Source: Eledone cirrhosa
Lineage: Eukaryota
Length of the DNA: 64,000 bases
Reading direction: 5' to 3'
Assembly (NCBI GenBank): GCA_964016885.1
Contig: OZ024754.1
Span: 6,882,001-6,946,000, forward strand
Positions 39,510 through 53,094 of this stretch are shown piece by piece. Position numbers and translations under genes: made by a program. The notes beneath the pieces were generated by a model. It ran no database searches and was not told the DNA's origin. It saw only the letters and a program-made list of their open reading frames with translations. How positions within the stretch are numbered: the stretch's first letter is position 1; each line of letters starts with the position of its first letter.

Positions 39510-39564
39510 TATATTTATCCTTATCGAGCCCTCTTTGGATTTTAGTCTTCAAATTTATTATTAT

Positions 39565-39618
<54 letters not shown>

Positions 39619-41096
39619 GGTGCGGACGATATTTGTTCGCAAGATTACTGTCTAGGAAAAAAATATGTGTATGATGCAACACTGATTCTTTATATATACA
39701 CACACACACATATATATATATATATACATACATACACATATATACATATACATATTTGCGTATGGGATAAATGACCCAGAAACATGTTGATTGTTCCTTA
39801 AAGCCAGTGTTGAAAAAACAGGTGATGAACAATCACTGGCATGGTACAGCTTCAAATTGGGCCGTTTATTTACAAACGAATTGAACATTTTTATTACTAT
39901 TCGATATAATCCATACGTACATATGTATATGTATATATGTGTGTGTATGTATATATACTGTAGAGTGCTTCGAATCTGTTATAAATAAATTTGTTGAATA
40001 ACCAACAAATTAAATACCTCTTTGCTTATATATATGTTTGATATGTCTAAGTGAAATAATACAGCCAATTTTCCACACAATACATTTAGTTAGCACCCCT
40101 AACGCTTAATTAGGAATATACTCACTTATTTCCTAATGTTTGTTGAGTGAGTTGGAATTTAGCCAGAGTATCGCTAAAAGCTTTCTACGATAATGTATTT
40201 ATATATTATATATATATATATATATGAACATGTGCATACTTAAATTTATATATCAGCTGTGCTAGGGCGAAAAATATAATTCTAATTTTATTTTTTCAGT
40301 ATATATAGTTTTATTTATTCCACACACACACACACACACACGTGGAGTAATTAATAAACCTGGCACCATACCTGTGTATAGATTTGAGAATAAGCAAGCC
40401 AAAAAAGAAAAAAAGAAAACTTCACACACCTCAGAGCATATAAAAAAAAAATTAATTTACTATAATTGAGAGTTATGTTGAATGAAATTTGAACAAATTA
40501 TTAAAAACTGTCATTGGTTACCTGTAGTTTTGGGGTCACCGTACTTGACCTCGTTTAATAAACCTAGCCTAGTTCTCCTCAATTTACAGTTGTATTACCT
40601 TTCATTTTGGCATTACTGTTTCAGTGAAGTTCACTCATGTATGAGTTGTTAGCCTTTTGACCCACAACTAATCCTGCAACTGGCAAGGAGTGTATGACAT
40701 GGCATTCTGTTTGCGAGGGAATTGTGGTTTTAAGAAATCTCAAGGAGAGAAAAAACAAATCCTTCATAATAAATGACCTGTTTGCTATTTCCTAGAACAC
40801 GCAACATGTTAGCCGCCAAATCACTTTCCAGTTAAAATGAAAGTTTGTAGTCTCTCTCTCAGGGAAGGGAAGGCAGATGTTAAAAAGCAATGATGATGAT
40901 GATATATATATATATCTGTGTGTGTGTATATATATATATATTACTTTATATATATATATATATATATTTCACAGCACCAATACTAATACGTAATTTTTGC
41001 TGGACTGGCAATCGTTCTGTTTAATCAGCTCCTGATTATTTCTGGAATTCTATAAGAATCCTGCCTCTATAATTCTTGGCAAAGGCAACTGAGTGT

Positions 41097-41146
41097 GTGG
41101 TCTTGATAAACGCTCACAAGCGAGAAACAGACTGTCTGTCGGCCGC
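41097..41146 (+). ncRNA. Type I hammerhead ribozyme, U3-A8 core variant, within a 321-bp unit (40965-41310)
   Basis: Stem I GTGGTC/GGCCGC (two G-U pairs), TTGATAA, stem II CGCT-caca-AGCG, GAAA, stem III ACAGAC-T-GTCTGT, GTC triplet (cut after 41140). Confidence 0.75.
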
Positions 41147-41685
41147 TCTCTCTTGTTTATGCCGAGAATAAGTAAGTGACATAGTCACTACTTTAAAATT
41201 CATAGCGAATGGTTTTCTAAATATTTTTAATTAAACATACGGTATATTGCTAAATATACTATACATACATTCATGTATACATCGCTATTTCAGAGCACCA
41301 ATCCTAATACCATATATATATATGTATCATCATCATCATCGTTTAACGTCTATCTTCTACGCTAGCATGGGTTGGACGGTTTAGTCCCACTTGAGGCGAG
41401 GTTGGTCAGGAGACCGTGTCTAGCTCGTACAGAACTGTCCCTGGCAGGTTTTCTCTGGCTGGATGCCCTTCCTAACACCAATCACATTTACAGTGTGGAC
41501 TGGTAGCCTTTTTACCGAGGCCATATTAGTTTGGTTTTGGTTGTAACTGCCTTAGCTCCTCAAATTGTAAACCTAAAAAATAATGAAATATTATAAAAAA
41601 TCCTTTAAATTTGGAAAAGATTTATGTTTCTTGATAGAGGGGGCCGGGCGAGCTTGTGATATTATTCCCTCACCGGTTAGCCCCT

Positions 41686-41719
<34 letters not shown>

Positions 41720-41976
41720 TCATCATCATCATCATACATCCGCTTTTCCCTGCTTGCAAGAGTGGGACGGGTCCTATTCAGCACAGCATCTCCCTACTTG
41801 TCACGGTCCTTTGTCATCTCATCCGTGAGCTTCAGCAATCTGAGGTCTGCTCTCACCACCTCCGTCCATGTTTTTTGTATATATATATATATATATAATG
41901 AAGGAAATGTGGTAAGGAACCAGGTGGACCATAACGCACCAAAGTACTCAATATTTAGGGTAGTAGAGTGGGTAAT

Positions 41977-42083
41977 AGGAACGAGTAGGACCCCGACGGC
42001 TGAGCTCAAGCCGTTTCGACGGCTAATTCTGGACGTCCAGAATTAGACGTCTAAACGGCTTGAGCTCAGGGTCCTACTCGTTC

Positions 42084-42085
<2 letters not shown>
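41977..42085. repeat. Spacer-less palindrome containing the 3' half of a hammerhead
   Basis: Centre TCTGGAC|GTCCAGA. The minus strand of the left arm reads GAAACGGCT-tgagctc-AGCCGTC-GGGGTCC. The left flank is homologous to 14332-14470. Confidence 0.8.
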
Positions 42086-42133
<48 letters not shown>

Positions 42134-42991
42134 GCAGTATTATGATGATGTGTGAGTGTATGTATATATATATATATATAAAACAGCAGTATTATGATGA
42201 TGTGTGAGTGTATGTATATATATATATATATATATATATACATACACATACACTCAGACATCATCATAATACTACTGTTTTCCATGTTTGCATGGGTTGG
42301 ACTGGTCTTCTCCACTTCTCCAGTACAATGTTTCAACATTTGTTGCCATCTCTCCTTCATCTCCTTTGTGAGGTTCAATCTCTTGATATCAGCCTTCATT
42401 ACTTCTGTCCATGTTTCTTTTGTCCAGTCTTCCTCTTCTGCAACTTCCTTCCCTTTGGCTTACTTGGGACAGTCTTTATCCTTCATACTCATCAGATGTC
42501 CATACCAACACAGTTTGATTTGGTCTATGTAGACCCATCCATGCCTTTGCTAGCATGGAAAGGGGACGTTAAATCGTGATGAAGTTGATGATCATAATTG
42601 TTTCTACTTTAGGCACAAGGCCAGCAATTTTGGAGGAGGGGAAAGTAAGTTGGGACTTAGAATGAGGTTGTTGTCTAAAATTATCAGAGATATTCTACAT
42701 TCGATTCTATGATATGAAATCTCTCATTTTATATTATCTGTATTCAAATTAAAACCATCCTTCATAATTTATGTAAGAACTTTTTATGTTATGTTATGTT
42801 CCAAACTCTTGTTTAATAATTGTTTTTACTTTTGACCCCACTATTTATGTCTGAGAAATGGGCAATATTAATCATGATTATAAGTAGACCCCACTATTTT
42901 ATGAACTGTTTCTAGCTTAGTTTCTATGGCTGAATGCCTTTCCAGCTTAGTTTCTATGGCTGAATGCCCTTCCTAACATTACATATATATA

Positions 42992-43795
42992 CAGGGTGTG
43001 GACGATATCTGTTCGCAAGATTACTGTCTAGGAAAAAATAGTTTTATTTTTTAAGATTTATTTATCAAACTTGGGTCAGTTTGTCTTCATGACTTGTTCT
43101 TTCGATCTCACTCGATAAACCCACCATTGGCTTTAATGACGGTCTCAAGGCGGCCTCGGAACCAGCTACAGGCCTCCGTCACTGTCCCCCGACTTAGGCC
43201 CCTAAAGGCACATGTGATCCTGGCCTTCAGATCGTCTTTCGTATTGCAGCTAGATCTGTTGGTGTCTCGTTCCACTGCGCCCCACACAAAGAAGTCGAGG
43301 GGGTTGCAGTCAGACGAGCTGGGAGGCCAGATGTCAGGTGAAGTGTGGTCGACGAAGTTCTCTGACAGCCAGGCTTGGGTCTTTCGCCTGGTATGGCAGG
43401 GTGCTGAGTCTTGCTGCCACACGTATGGCCTACCTGCAGCTACCTGGTCGATCCAGGGCTTTACTACCTCGCTCAGAACGTAGATGTAGCCATCGGTGTT
43501 CAGCGTGAGACCCTCAGGGAAGAAGTGAGGTGGCATGACGTCACCTTGACTGCTGACGACACCTAAGACCAATGTTGTCGCTGGAAACTTTGTCTGCATG
43601 ACTCTGGGCACGTCTTTGGATGAGACAGCGAGCCACCTGTTGTTCTGGGAGTTGATCTTCTGGTCTTATTTGTCCTCCCGGTGCAGATTACAAGAATTTG
43701 GAGGTTCAAAATTATTCATAATCAATTATTCTGAGAATAAATATGGAAATAAAATTAGCAGTTAAAAATTGCGAACAAATATAGTCCACACCCTG
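42992..43795 (-). mobile_element. Internally deleted Tc1/mariner-superfamily transposon, DD37D (maT) type; transposase C-terminal ORF at 43108-43611
   Basis: TA TSD; TIRs CAGGGTGTGGAC.ATAT.TGTTCGCAA. WQQDSAPCH...WPPSSSDCNPLD has 37 residues between the second and third acidic residues. The N-terminal half is missing. A solo end lies at ~39616-39665. Confidence 0.93.
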
Positions 43796-43983
43796 TATAT
43801 ATAACCCTAGCTAGCTGGGAAAGCAGATGTTAAATGACGATGATGATCATGATATATATAATGTGTGCAAGTATATTATGTATATTTAAATTTGTATATC
43901 TTGTGTGTATGTATATATATATATGTTTGTGTGTGGGTGTGCATGTATATTATGTATAGTTAAATATGTATATCTTATGTGTG

Positions 43984-44032
<49 letters not shown>

Positions 44033-44369
44033 GTGTGTGAGTGTGTATGTGTGGGTGTGCATATATATTATGTATATGTGAAAATATGTATATTTTCTGT
44101 ATGCGTTTCTCCACCACTTGTTTGTGCAGCTATCTTTTAATAATCTTGTCAACTGCTTGGACTTTGTACCTCACTAAGTTGAAATATTTACAAATGTGTG
44201 TGGGTTGTAGAGGTATAGACTGACACCTTACCTGTCCCCATCTCATTTACACACCTTTCTTTATTGGATACCCCCTCCTTCCATCTCACTCATGTTGATC
44301 CTCTTATTATGAGGCCATATTATTGCTTGTGCAATAAGCTCTCACTGTGCCTATGTGTGTATGGGTGTG

Positions 44370-45038
44370 CATATGTATATATAAATATGTATATATATGT
44401 ATGTATATATATATATGAATATGTATGTATGTATATATATAAATGTATATATATGTATGTATTATGAAAGTAGGGTGTTTAACTCCAACACGCTCCAGTA
44501 TTTTAACCCTTATATATATATGTATATATGTATGTATATATATATATGAATATGTATGTATGTATATATATAAATGTATATATATGTATGTATGTATATA
44601 TATAAATGTATATATATGTATGTATGTATGCATGTATATATGTATATATATATAAATGTATATATATGTATGTATGTATGTATATATATATATAAATGTA
44701 TATATATGTATGTATGTATATATATATATAAATGTATATATATGTATGTATGTATGTGTATATATATATGTATATATATATATGAGTATGTATGTATGTA
44801 TATATATATATGAATATGTATGTATATATATATATATATGAATATGTATGTATATATATATATATGAATATGAATGTATGTATATGTATGTATGTGTATA
44901 TATATATATGTATATATGATGATGATGATATATGTGAATATATATGTGTATATATATATATATGTGTGTGTGTGTGTATATATATGAATATATATATATA
45001 CACACTCACACACACACACATATTTATATATATATATA
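44370..45038. repeat. Degenerate (TA)/(TATG)n microsatellite
   Basis: Read directly; similar tracts at 50311-50760, 56770-57098 and 63120-63745. Confidence 0.95.
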
Positions 45039-45536
45039 TTATTAGTACAAATTAAAAGTTTAAGCAAACAATTTCTACTTTCACACCAAAGCGGGATCTT
45101 CTGAAACTGAGAAATATCAATCTGTGGACACAGATGTAAATATTTTGAAAAAAATTACAACCAAATTTTGCCTTTAAAAAATAGACATACATAGCAGTAA
45201 CATGTGAAGACATTCACTTGAGATATGGTGAAATTTAAAAAGAATATTAGTCTCCTGATTTTTCATAGCAAGAATTTGTTCTTCCTACTTCACTTCATTA
45301 TGTAATTAAATATTTTATTCTCTTTGCATAACATTTTGCTGTATCTCAAGTGAATGTCTTCACATGTTACTGTTAAGCCTATCTATTTTTTAAAGGCCAT
45401 ATTAGGTTGTAATGTTTTTCAAAATATTTACATCTGCATCCATGGATTGATATTTCTCAGTTTCAGAAGATGCCGCTTTAGGGTGAAAGCAGAAATTATT
45501 TGCTCATGCTCAAGCTTTTAATCTGTACTAATAATA
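45037..45536. repeat. Older diverged inverted repeat, ~190-bp arms
   Basis: CAGTAACATGTGAAGACATTCACTTGAGATA / TATCTCAAGTGAATGTCTTCACATGTTACTG and GATCTTCTGAAACTGAGAAATATCAATC / GATTGATATTTCTCAGTTTCAGAAGAT. Confidence 0.88.
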
Positions 45537-47308
45537 GATATTTATTTTACGGGTTTCATCATCATCATACGTTGTCTTTTCCCTGCTTGCAAAGGTGGGA
45601 CGGGTCCTATTCAGCACAGTATCTCTCCATTTGTCACGATCCTTCGCCATCTCCTCCATGAGCTTCAGTGATCTGAGGTTAGCTCTCACCACCTCCACCC
45701 ATGATTTTCATGGTCTTCCTCTACTGTGTCTTCCTTCTATTGAGATTTCCTGGCACTTCTTTACCCAGCGGTCATCCTCTATGCACATCACATGTCCATA
45801 CCAACACAATCTTCTCTCCCGTCTATCCCTCTTATACACAGTTTCTCTCTCATATATATATATATATATATAGTAATAATAATAATAAATGTGAAGACTA
45901 AAATCCGAAGTGGGCTCGATAAGGATAATATATATATAAAAATATATATATTTTATATATCATCATCATCATCATTTTACGTCCGCTTTTCCCTGCTTGC
46001 AAGGGTGGGACGGGAACTGATTCTGGCTTGATTTCTACAGCTGGATGCCCTTCCTAACACCAACCTCATTTACAGTGAGTGCTGGGTGCTTTTTTTCCGT
46101 GGTGCCTATATATATATAAAGAATTTACTGAGTAACCAAGAAATAACCACAAGCAGGAATCGAACCCGTTTGCTGCAGGCATCCATTTTTCCAGTTGTTC
46201 ACTCCAGTAACAATACAAGTCTCTTATGTCTGGTGAGCCGTCCTCTCATGACCTTCAAGAAGTTTGTATCTTCTATCTATATACTTGAAATTTCTTATCA
46301 GTAAGTAGCTAACTGAAGTATTATCAATTGCTATAGTAAATGCCTTTCAGTATTTACTTCAATCCTGCCGCTATGGTCTGTGTTCAAATCTCAATGAGAT
46401 TGACTTCATTTACCTTTCATCTTCCTTTCTCAATAGAGTAAGTTGGGACTTAGAATGAGGTTATTGTCCTAAATTATCAGAGATATTCTACATTCGATTC
46501 TATGATATAAAATCTCTCATTTTATATTATCTGTATTCAAATTAAAACCATCCTTCATAATTTTATGTAAGAACTTTTTATGTTATGTTATCTTCCAAAC
46601 TCTTGTTTAATAATTGTTTTTACTTTTGGCACCAGGCCAGCAATTATCCCAGTGCATTACTGGTGCTTTATTTTATTGACCCCGTAAGGATGAAAGGCAA
46701 AGTTAACCTTGGCGGGATTTGAACTCCGACCGTAAAGGGCCGTAACTCTATGCCACAAAGCATGGCGTCTGATGGTCTACCAATTCTGCTAATCCATAAT
46801 GGTCTCTGATTTAGGCCACAAGGCCAACAATTTTGTGGGAGGGGAAATTCAATTAAATCAACCCCAGTGCCTTATTGATACTTCATTTTATCGACCTGAA
46901 AAGGATGAAAGGCAAAGTTGATCTCGGCGCGATTTGAACTTGGACTCGAAATGAATACCACAAAGCATTCTATCTGACATTCTAACGATTCTACCTATTC
47001 ACCGCTTGTTTAATGATAGTTTCTGATTTAGGCACAAGGTCAACAATTTTTTTTTGGGGGGGGGTTGAATAAATTGACTCCAATGCATTACTGGTACTTT
47101 ATTTTATCGATCCCGTAAGGTTGAAAGGCAAAGCTAACTTAGGCGGAATTTGAATTCAGAACGTAAAGGGACATAACTATATACCACAAAGCATGTTGTC
47201 CGACGCTCTACCAATATTGCCAATAATAAAAGCCCAATAAATTTAAGTTTATAAAGGGGATTATTTCAGAAATAAACTATGGATAATTTCTCACAAGATA
47301 GCTTTTAA

Positions 47309-47893
47309 CCCTTTAGCATTTACATTTATATTTACTATTATATGTTCACAATAAAGGCTTTACCTCATATAATTATCACACATAATATCTCACATTACTC
47401 TATATTTACTATTATATGTTCACAATAAAGGCTTTACCTCACATAATTATCACACATAATATCTCACATTATTCTATATTTACTATTATATGTTCACAAT
47501 AAAGGCTTTACCTCATATAATTATCACACATAATATTCACATTACTCTATATTTACTATTATATGTTCACAATAAAGGCTTTACCTCACATAATTATCAC
47601 ACATAATATCTCACATTACTCTATATTTACTATTATATGTTCACAATAAAGGCTTTACCTCACATAATTATCACACATAATATCTCACATTACTCTATAT
47701 TTACTATTATATGTTCACAATAAAGGCTTTACCTCACATAATATCCCACATAATATCGAATCTATGAGATTTTGATATTATTTATTTTGAGAACAATACC
47801 TTAACATCAGTATGAGTGGCCAGTTACAGCCAGTTTGAACAGAAAGAGGTGAGAGAATTCTGGCCAGATATGTCTGGTTTCAATGCTAAAGGG
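47309..47893. mobile_element. piggyBac-like MITE with an internal 74-bp x6 tandem expansion
   Basis: TTAA-CCCTTTAGCATT...AATGCTAAAGGG-TTAA; unit starts at 47327, 47401, 47475, 47548, 47622, 47696. Confidence 0.85.
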
Positions 47894-49665
47894 TTAAAAT
47901 AAGAACAGAAAAAGCTGGAACAAATACTACAAAATATTTTGTCTGGCATTCCAAGTATTTAAAAATTGAAATGTAAAGGGAACATTATGTATAAACAAAA
48001 CAAGAAAAATAAATAAGTAAAAAAGAATGAAGAAAAGAAAAAAAATTAACCTTTCCATGCTTGGATCTTTTGGCAGTTGGTATTGGTTACCTGAAAAATG
48101 AAAAGGTCATGGAATAAATAGTATCTCTTACCTTTAAATCTATTTCTTTGCTGTATGTCATTAACAGGTTTTTAGTTACTAACCAGTTAATAAATTGAAA
48201 TTCAGTCAAAATCTCAAATGTTTATTGACCTTTTCGTGACCTCATTTCTAAAGACATAAACTATAAAGACATGAATTGATTAATGAAGATTTTGGAGAGA
48301 TTTACCAAAACTATTATGTCATTAACAAGCAATGTATGAAGCCGAATTTTCAGCTTTTGAAGCGCTGAGAATATATGTAAAGTGGTCGTGTAGGTGTCAT
48401 GACAAAAAGCACCCAGCCCACACTGTAAAGTGGTCGTGTAGGTGTCATAACAAAAAGCACCCAGCCCACACTGTAAAGTGGTCGTGTAGCTGCCATGGTA
48501 AAAAAGCACTCAGCACTCACTGTAAATGAGGTTGGTGTTAGGAAGGGCATCCAGCTGTAGAAATCAAGCCAAAATCAGTTCCCATATGAGCAAGACAAGG
48601 TCATCCGACCTGGCATTGCCCACAACAGGATAACCCGTCTAACCCAGTGCATTACTGGTACTTTATTTTATCGACCCCGTAAGGATGAAAGGCAAAGTCA
48701 ACCTCGGCGGGATTTGAACTCAGATCGTAAAGGGACGTAACTATGCTGGAAAGCATGGCGTCCGACTCTCTAATATTCTTATATATAATGATTGCTTATT
48801 TTAAGATTCACTTCTTTAAAAAATGTTAAATGTCAATACATTGTAATGCAGTTTATATATAATATCGTCTTTTTTAAATGTGTCATAGATTATTTTACTG
48901 ATTACAAAAGAGAGTGTAACATGGTCTCTCTTCAATTTCTGTGCTTATTGTCAATTACGATTTCATTTTATGTATCATATCTACATATCTGATGTATCAT
49001 ATCTACATACATATCAATATCAATATACACACTACACATGCTAGGATGGTTTCTACTAGTTTATATAATATTTGTAACACAACTTAACAAAATGTTCATC
49101 ATCAACGTTTAACGTCCGTGTTCCACGCTTGCATGGGTTTGGATATAAAATTATATATATTCATGGGTTTGGATATAAAATTATATATATTCTTATATAA
49201 AATTATACTGAAAGATTTTCATTTAAATAGGAACCCTTTACCATTAAACATCCTGTATGGCATTAAATCACATTAGTTAGACATTCTTCAAAAGTACAAA
49301 ACAGCACCATAACTGCATCACATTTATAATTTAAAGTCATTAGTTTATTGTATATTTCTAAACGCTCGGTCCACTAGTAAAGATACTATAAACATTTGAA
49401 TCAGTAAACCTGGTTTTAGATATTTTCTGCAAAAATCATTCCGGTTCCCCAGCAAGACCTTAGCCTGTCGGCTGGAACACATAATAGAGTTAAAATGGGT
49501 CGTTTCATTCCATAGATCCTAGGGGTAACTAGTCAATGTCTGTAATGTTTATTACAACTGTTTAGCTTCTATATGGTAGCAAATCTTTTAATGATGTGAC
49601 TATTGTTTAATCTTACTATTTAGTCAGTGATGGAAAGGTATTTCCCAGGCACTCATTTTTGTTCC

Positions 49666-50020
49666 AGCTGAGTAGACTGGAGCAATGTTAAATGAAGTGT
49701 CTTGCTCAAGAACACAAGCTGAGTAGACTGGAGCAATATAAAATGAAGTGTCTTGCTCAAGAACACAAGCTGAGTAGACTGGAGCAATGTGAGATGAAGT
49801 GTCTTGCTCAAGAACACAAGCTGAGTAGACTGGAGCAATGTGAGATGAAGTGTCTTGCTCAAGAACACAAGCTGAGTAAACTGGAGCAATATAAAATGAA
49901 GTGTCTTGCTCAAGAACACAAGCTGAGTAGACTGGAGCAATGTGAGATGAAGTGTCTTGCTCAAGAACACAAGCTGAGTAGACTGGAGCAATGTGAGATG
50001 AAGTGTCTTGCTCAAGAACA
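49666..50020. repeat. 51-bp x7 tandem array of the SINE CORE-like segment
   Basis: Unit AGCTGAGTAGACTGGAGCAATGTGAGATGAAGTGTCTTGCTCAAGAACACA; continues into a minus-strand SINE head to ~50097. Confidence 0.92.
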
Positions 50021-50310
50021 CCACAGCCCTTTCTGGTTCAGAAATCAAACCTTCAATCTCATGATTATGAGCCAAACACCCTAACCACTAGGTCACATCA
50101 CATCACATCACACACACGCCCACAAAGTGTTAGAGGGAAAGTAATTGGTAGCAACTTGAGAAAAAAAAGACGTTCCTTAGTAAATGCTATTGATAAAAGC
50201 TGTGTGTGTGTGTACGTGTCTTTGTCTTTGTATGTGCTTATGTGTGTGTGTGTGTTTGTGTGGGAGTGTTTGTGTGGGTGGGAGAAGGGGAGTCTTTTTG
50301 TTCTTTTACC

Positions 50311-50376
<66 letters not shown>

Positions 50377-50397
50377 TATATATACATATATATATAT

Positions 50398-50481
<84 letters not shown>

Positions 50482-50565
50482 TAAATATGTATATATATAG
50501 AGATAGATAGATGTGTGTGTGAGTGTGTATGTATATATATATATATAGATAGATAGATGTGTGTG

Positions 50566-50682
<117 letters not shown>

Positions 50683-50683
50683 G

Positions 50684-50727
<44 letters not shown>

Positions 50728-50914
50728 TATATAAAATATATAGATATGTGTATATATATATAACCAAAGATTAATATGGTTCATTGATTACTCAATGAAT
50801 ACAGTTTTACAATAGATTAAAAGCACTCAACAAGAAAAATTTTCCTGGAGTTATTAATATTATTCAAAATATTAACAAATGAAGATATTCACATAATCAA
50901 AATATATGCTTCAT

Positions 50915-51143
50915 TATATATATTTCGAAGGTACTGTGTTGTTTTTTTCAGTACGTCCTCGTCAGATAAAATATATGATTTGATATATGACATATGTCTA
51001 CTGTCTTGATATTTCAATTCCAGTACTGCCAATACTGGAATTGAAATATCTAGGCCAGAGAGGTATGTCATATATCAAATCATATATTTTATCTGACGAG
51101 GACGCACTGAAAAAAACAACACAGTACCTTCGAAATATATATA
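50915..51143. repeat. Inverted repeat (~110-bp arms) with a CTGACGA-stem-GAAA motif in each arm
   Basis: Centre TTCCAGTA-ctgccaa-TACTGGAA; cores at 51093-51135 (+) and 50965-50923 (-). A homologous single copy lies at ~19710-19930. Confidence 0.85.
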
Positions 51144-51176
51144 TATATATGTATATAGATAGATGTGTGTGTGTGT

Positions 51177-51219
<43 letters not shown>

Positions 51220-51877
51220 GATAGATAGATGTGTGTGTATATATATATACACACACATATATATATATATACATATACACACACATATATATATTTAATG
51301 AATAATAACCCAACCCCAAAAATCAAAGTATTTTTATATATAAGAGAAATGATGAACCTTCTTTTTCTCTTTTTACCTCTACCTCCTCACACCAGCCCCT
51401 CCTACCACATTACCTTTTACCTCCACCTCCTCTTCAGTATCGCCCCCCCCCACACACACCACCCCTCCTACTACCATCTTACCTTTTATCTACCTGTAAT
51501 CATAACATATGTTGCCTAAGCAACTATTTCTCTCTTTTTCTTTTCTTATCTAACCCCCTCCCCCGCCCCTTCTCTGCTAGTGTATATTTATATATATATA
51601 CATACATATATACATACACACACACATATATACATATACACACATACACATTCATACACACACAGATATATATATATATATATTTATCTATCTTTATAAA
51701 TACTTATTCACTTCTTGAGAGAAATACCACAAAACATAACCCCCCCCCCCATTTCTCCTTACCTCTCTTCTATAAATATTTTTCATGGTGAGACCTCTTC
51801 CCCTCCCAGTTAACTTTGGTTGACAATTTTGTGCACAAATTTGTTAGACCTCGAGCAAGAAGGTTGGATAACAAGAA

Positions 51878-52040
51878 GGTTGCAAAACCAACTGGCAGGA
51901 GACCCAATGGAGTTGAACCCCAAGCAAGATGGTTGCAAAACCAACTGGCAGGAGACCCAATGGAGTTGAACCCCAAGCAAGATGGTTGCAAAACCAACTG
52001 GCAGGAGACCCAGGAGTTGAACCCCAAGCAAGATGGTTGG
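51878..52040. repeat. 53-bp x3 tandem repeat
   Basis: GGTTGCAAAACCAACTGGCAGGAGACCCA at 51878, 51931 and 51984. Confidence 0.9.
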
Positions 52041-53045
52041 ATAATATCCATGATCTTGGCTGGTCTCGCTTGAGGTTCCAGCCTGATCAGATGGAGATAA
52101 CAGCTTCTGACAGGACCCACTGGAAGGAGTGTTTGAGGACTCTGTTCCCAAGACCTTCTCAGTAATAAATCCCCCCCCCCCCCTCCACCCGATCATTAAT
52201 CCCCCCACCCCCCACCCCACCACCACCACCACCATCTTTCGCTTATTAAATATTGCTAATCTATCTCCAGCGAAATTAAATTTTATTGTAAGTGATGCAT
52301 ATTGTCATATTGATACGGTCATATTGATACAGTCCACGCTGTAATGTGGCCGTGTAGGCAACACGGTAAAAACCTCCCAGCCCCACACTGTAAATGTGGT
52401 TGGTGTTAGGAAGGGCATCCAACTGTAGAAAACCCGCCAGACAGTCCTATGCGAGCAAGACAACCACTCTTGCCTCAAGTGGGAAAACCCCCGTCCAAAC
52501 CCATGCAAGCGTGGAACACGGACGCTAAACCTGATGATGATGATGATGATGATGATGATACAACAGGTGGAGAATCTAATAATAATTTTATTTTACATTA
52601 AAAAAACTTTATATATGACAAAAAAAAAAGAACATTATTAGAAGTCCCATATTTACGAACATACAATTATCGATTCCCCTCCCACTTTATTACACCCCAC
52701 TCGCACGCTCTTATAAGAATTTAAGCAGATGTCCAATACCCCACACACACATTCCAACCCCATCTATTATTTGGGACTCGAGTAGGTGGGAGTCTGTGAA
52801 TAATAATAATAATATTAATGAAATTATTGTATACAGAGCTCAGGTGCACTACAACTCATCAAAGGTGTATGTATAGTACATAGAATAATGTACAAATGTT
52901 AGGAAAATGAACAGTGTATGAGTTATGAAATACATGTATGCGTGTGTATGGAGGGGGAATATTAGGTGTAGTGTTGGCAAATCTTAAGAAGCATGGAGGT
53001 TTTAAAGGATGCAGTGTCTCTACAGCTAATAACTGGAAATATACG

Positions 53046-53094
<49 letters not shown>

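Noticed and set aside
44307-45067. Ile/Tyr/His-rich ORFs (also at 28-29 kb, 50-51 kb, 56.5-57.3 kb, 63 kb)
   Set aside because: Translations of (TA)n, (TG)n and 15-bp satellites.
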